Assembly (NCBI GenBank): GCA_040754495.1
Contig: JBFMCO010000023.1
Location: 1 to 15,140 of the forward strand
From: Candidatus Micrarchaeota archaeon
Lineage (GTDB): Archaea > Micrarchaeota > Micrarchaeia > Anstonellales > Bilamarchaeaceae
Direction of reading: 5' to 3'
DNA: 15,140 bases
In this document: positions 14,366-15,140 of the stretch, piece after piece
Numbering within the stretch: the stretch's first letter is position 1
Layout of the letters: each line of letters starts with the position of its first letter
Position numbers and translations under genes: made by a program
Notes under the pieces: model-generated
Seen by the model: only the letters and a program-made list of their open reading frames with translations
Database searches by the model: none
What the model was told of the DNA's origin: nothing

Positions 14366-14475
14366 TGATCGGGAAAGGGGCTTACCTGAAAAAAATAACA
14401 AAAAACATCAATTTTCGCTCGGTGGAGGTTAACGAAAAAATGGAAGGGTCCTCTCCCCCTAGTGTTTTTGTTGGC
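13147..14475 (+). mobile_element. AT-rich free-standing homing-endonuclease element inserted in the 5' end of nre, carrying a replacement nre N-terminus
   Basis: Composition shifts sharply (hand count: 13201-13260 is 20/60 GC, 12601-12660 is 35/60 GC). Both junctions fall after a shared GGGTC (ending 13146 and 14450). A/T-ending codons persist through SPPSVFVG (~14475), then host GC3 usage resumes. Confidence 0.8.
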
Positions 14476-15140
14476 GCATGGAACTACCCGAAGGTCTACG
14501 TGGGGCCGATGCTCGCTCCGTATTGGGGCGACACATCCGAACTCGACACCCCGGAGAGCTGGATACCGAAGGGACGGAACCAGGATGATATAATCCGCTT
14601 CAGGCTGGACCTCGTGCGGGGAAAGCACAGGGTGGGCATCAAGGACCTCGACAACCGCCTCGTGGGGAAGCTCCAGGAGATTTCGCTCGCTGAAGGCAGC
14701 GTGGAGAGCGAGGCCCGGTTCAGGCACAAGCCGAGGGGTTTTTCTTTCAACGAGGAGCACCAGCCGTTCGGCCCGAGCGCGGGCATCGAGCGTTTTGACA
14801 TCGGCAACGTGAGGTGGGAGAGGAATCTCGAGAAAGCGTATTATGATACGGACCTGAAGGCGGCCGAAGCCCTCTACAAGGCGTATTCCGAGGGCGTGCT
14901 GTTCTCCCAGATGCAGAAGGCGTTCTCTACCGGGACGATGGGCATCAAGCAGAACCGCAGGCTCGTGCCCACAAGGTGGTCCATAACAGCAGTCGATTCC
15001 GCCCTCGCAGACCACCTCTACGACAGCGTGAAATACCATGACGTGCTGGACTCGTACCACGTCTACGAGTTCTCGAGCCTGAACAACTATTATGCGGTCA
15101 TACTGCTTCCGACGCCATGGCAGTACGAGTGGATAGAGGC
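14365..15140 (+). CDS. nre: Archaeal DNA repair protein Nre (partial, runs off the right edge; absent from the ORF track)
   Basis: Frame 1 from ATG 14365 (TAATG overlap) reads [12 protein letters not shown]...[21 protein letters not shown]...[14 protein letters not shown]...WQYEWIE, which are hallmark Nre motifs. No stop before the window end. Confidence 0.93.
   Translation, partial: MIGKGAYLKKITKNINFRSVEVNEKMEGSSPPSVFVGAWNYPKVYVGPMLAPYWGDTSELDTPESWIPKGRNQDDIIRFRLDLVRGKHRVGIKDLDNRLVGKLQEISLAEGSVESEARFRHKPRGFSFNEEHQPFGPSAGIERFDIGNVRWERNLEKAYYDTDLKAAEALYKAYSEGVLFSQMQKAFSTGTMGIKQNRRLVPTRWSITAVDSALADHLYDSVKYHDVLDSYHVYEFSSLNNYYAVILLPTPWQYEWIE

Noticed and set aside
13147-14450. Intein in nre
   Set aside because: The ORF ends in a stop codon (…YVMVG*), lacks a terminal His-Asn and a Hint block A, and is followed by a new start with a duplicated N-terminus.
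13147-14450. Self-splicing or BHB intron
   Set aside because: Removing this span would restore the frame, but there is no non-coding room for a ribozyme core, I saw no BHB pairing at the junctions, and a selected duplicate N-terminus would be unnecessary. Only RT-PCR could fully exclude it.
14257-15060. 267-aa minus-strand ORF
   Set aside because: Antisense shadow of nre, which is on the plus strand and was missed by the ORF track because it has no stop in the window.

Overview
GC-rich archaeal chromosomal window. Archaeal TATA boxes, class III prepilins, SerK and Nre point to Archaea; a DPANN/Micrarchaeota-like origin is an inference only. From left to right it holds: the 3' end of a glycoprotein gene; a single-domain KaiC-like ATPase; a small membrane protein and a degenerate KaiC/DUF835-like protein; an archaeal type IV pilus locus on the minus strand (one major pilin, two TadC/PilC-like platform proteins, an assembly ATPase with an N-terminal HTH-like extension, four minor pilin-like genes); a divergent HTH regulator/glutaredoxin pair; a SerK-like ADP-dependent serine kinase; tRNA-Gly(GCC) with a duplicated 3' end; and a ~771-aa orphan protein with internal repeats. 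The main finding is at the right end. An AT-rich, free-standing LAGLIDADG endonuclease (no intein or intron hallmarks) is fused in frame to the first 31 codons of the DNA-repair gene nre. It is followed through a TAATG overlap by a second, synonymously recoded copy of the nre N-terminus that restores a complete nre ORF. A family of heptamer-periodic inverted repeats occupies five junctions, and one copy appears to be translated inside a prepilin leader peptide.
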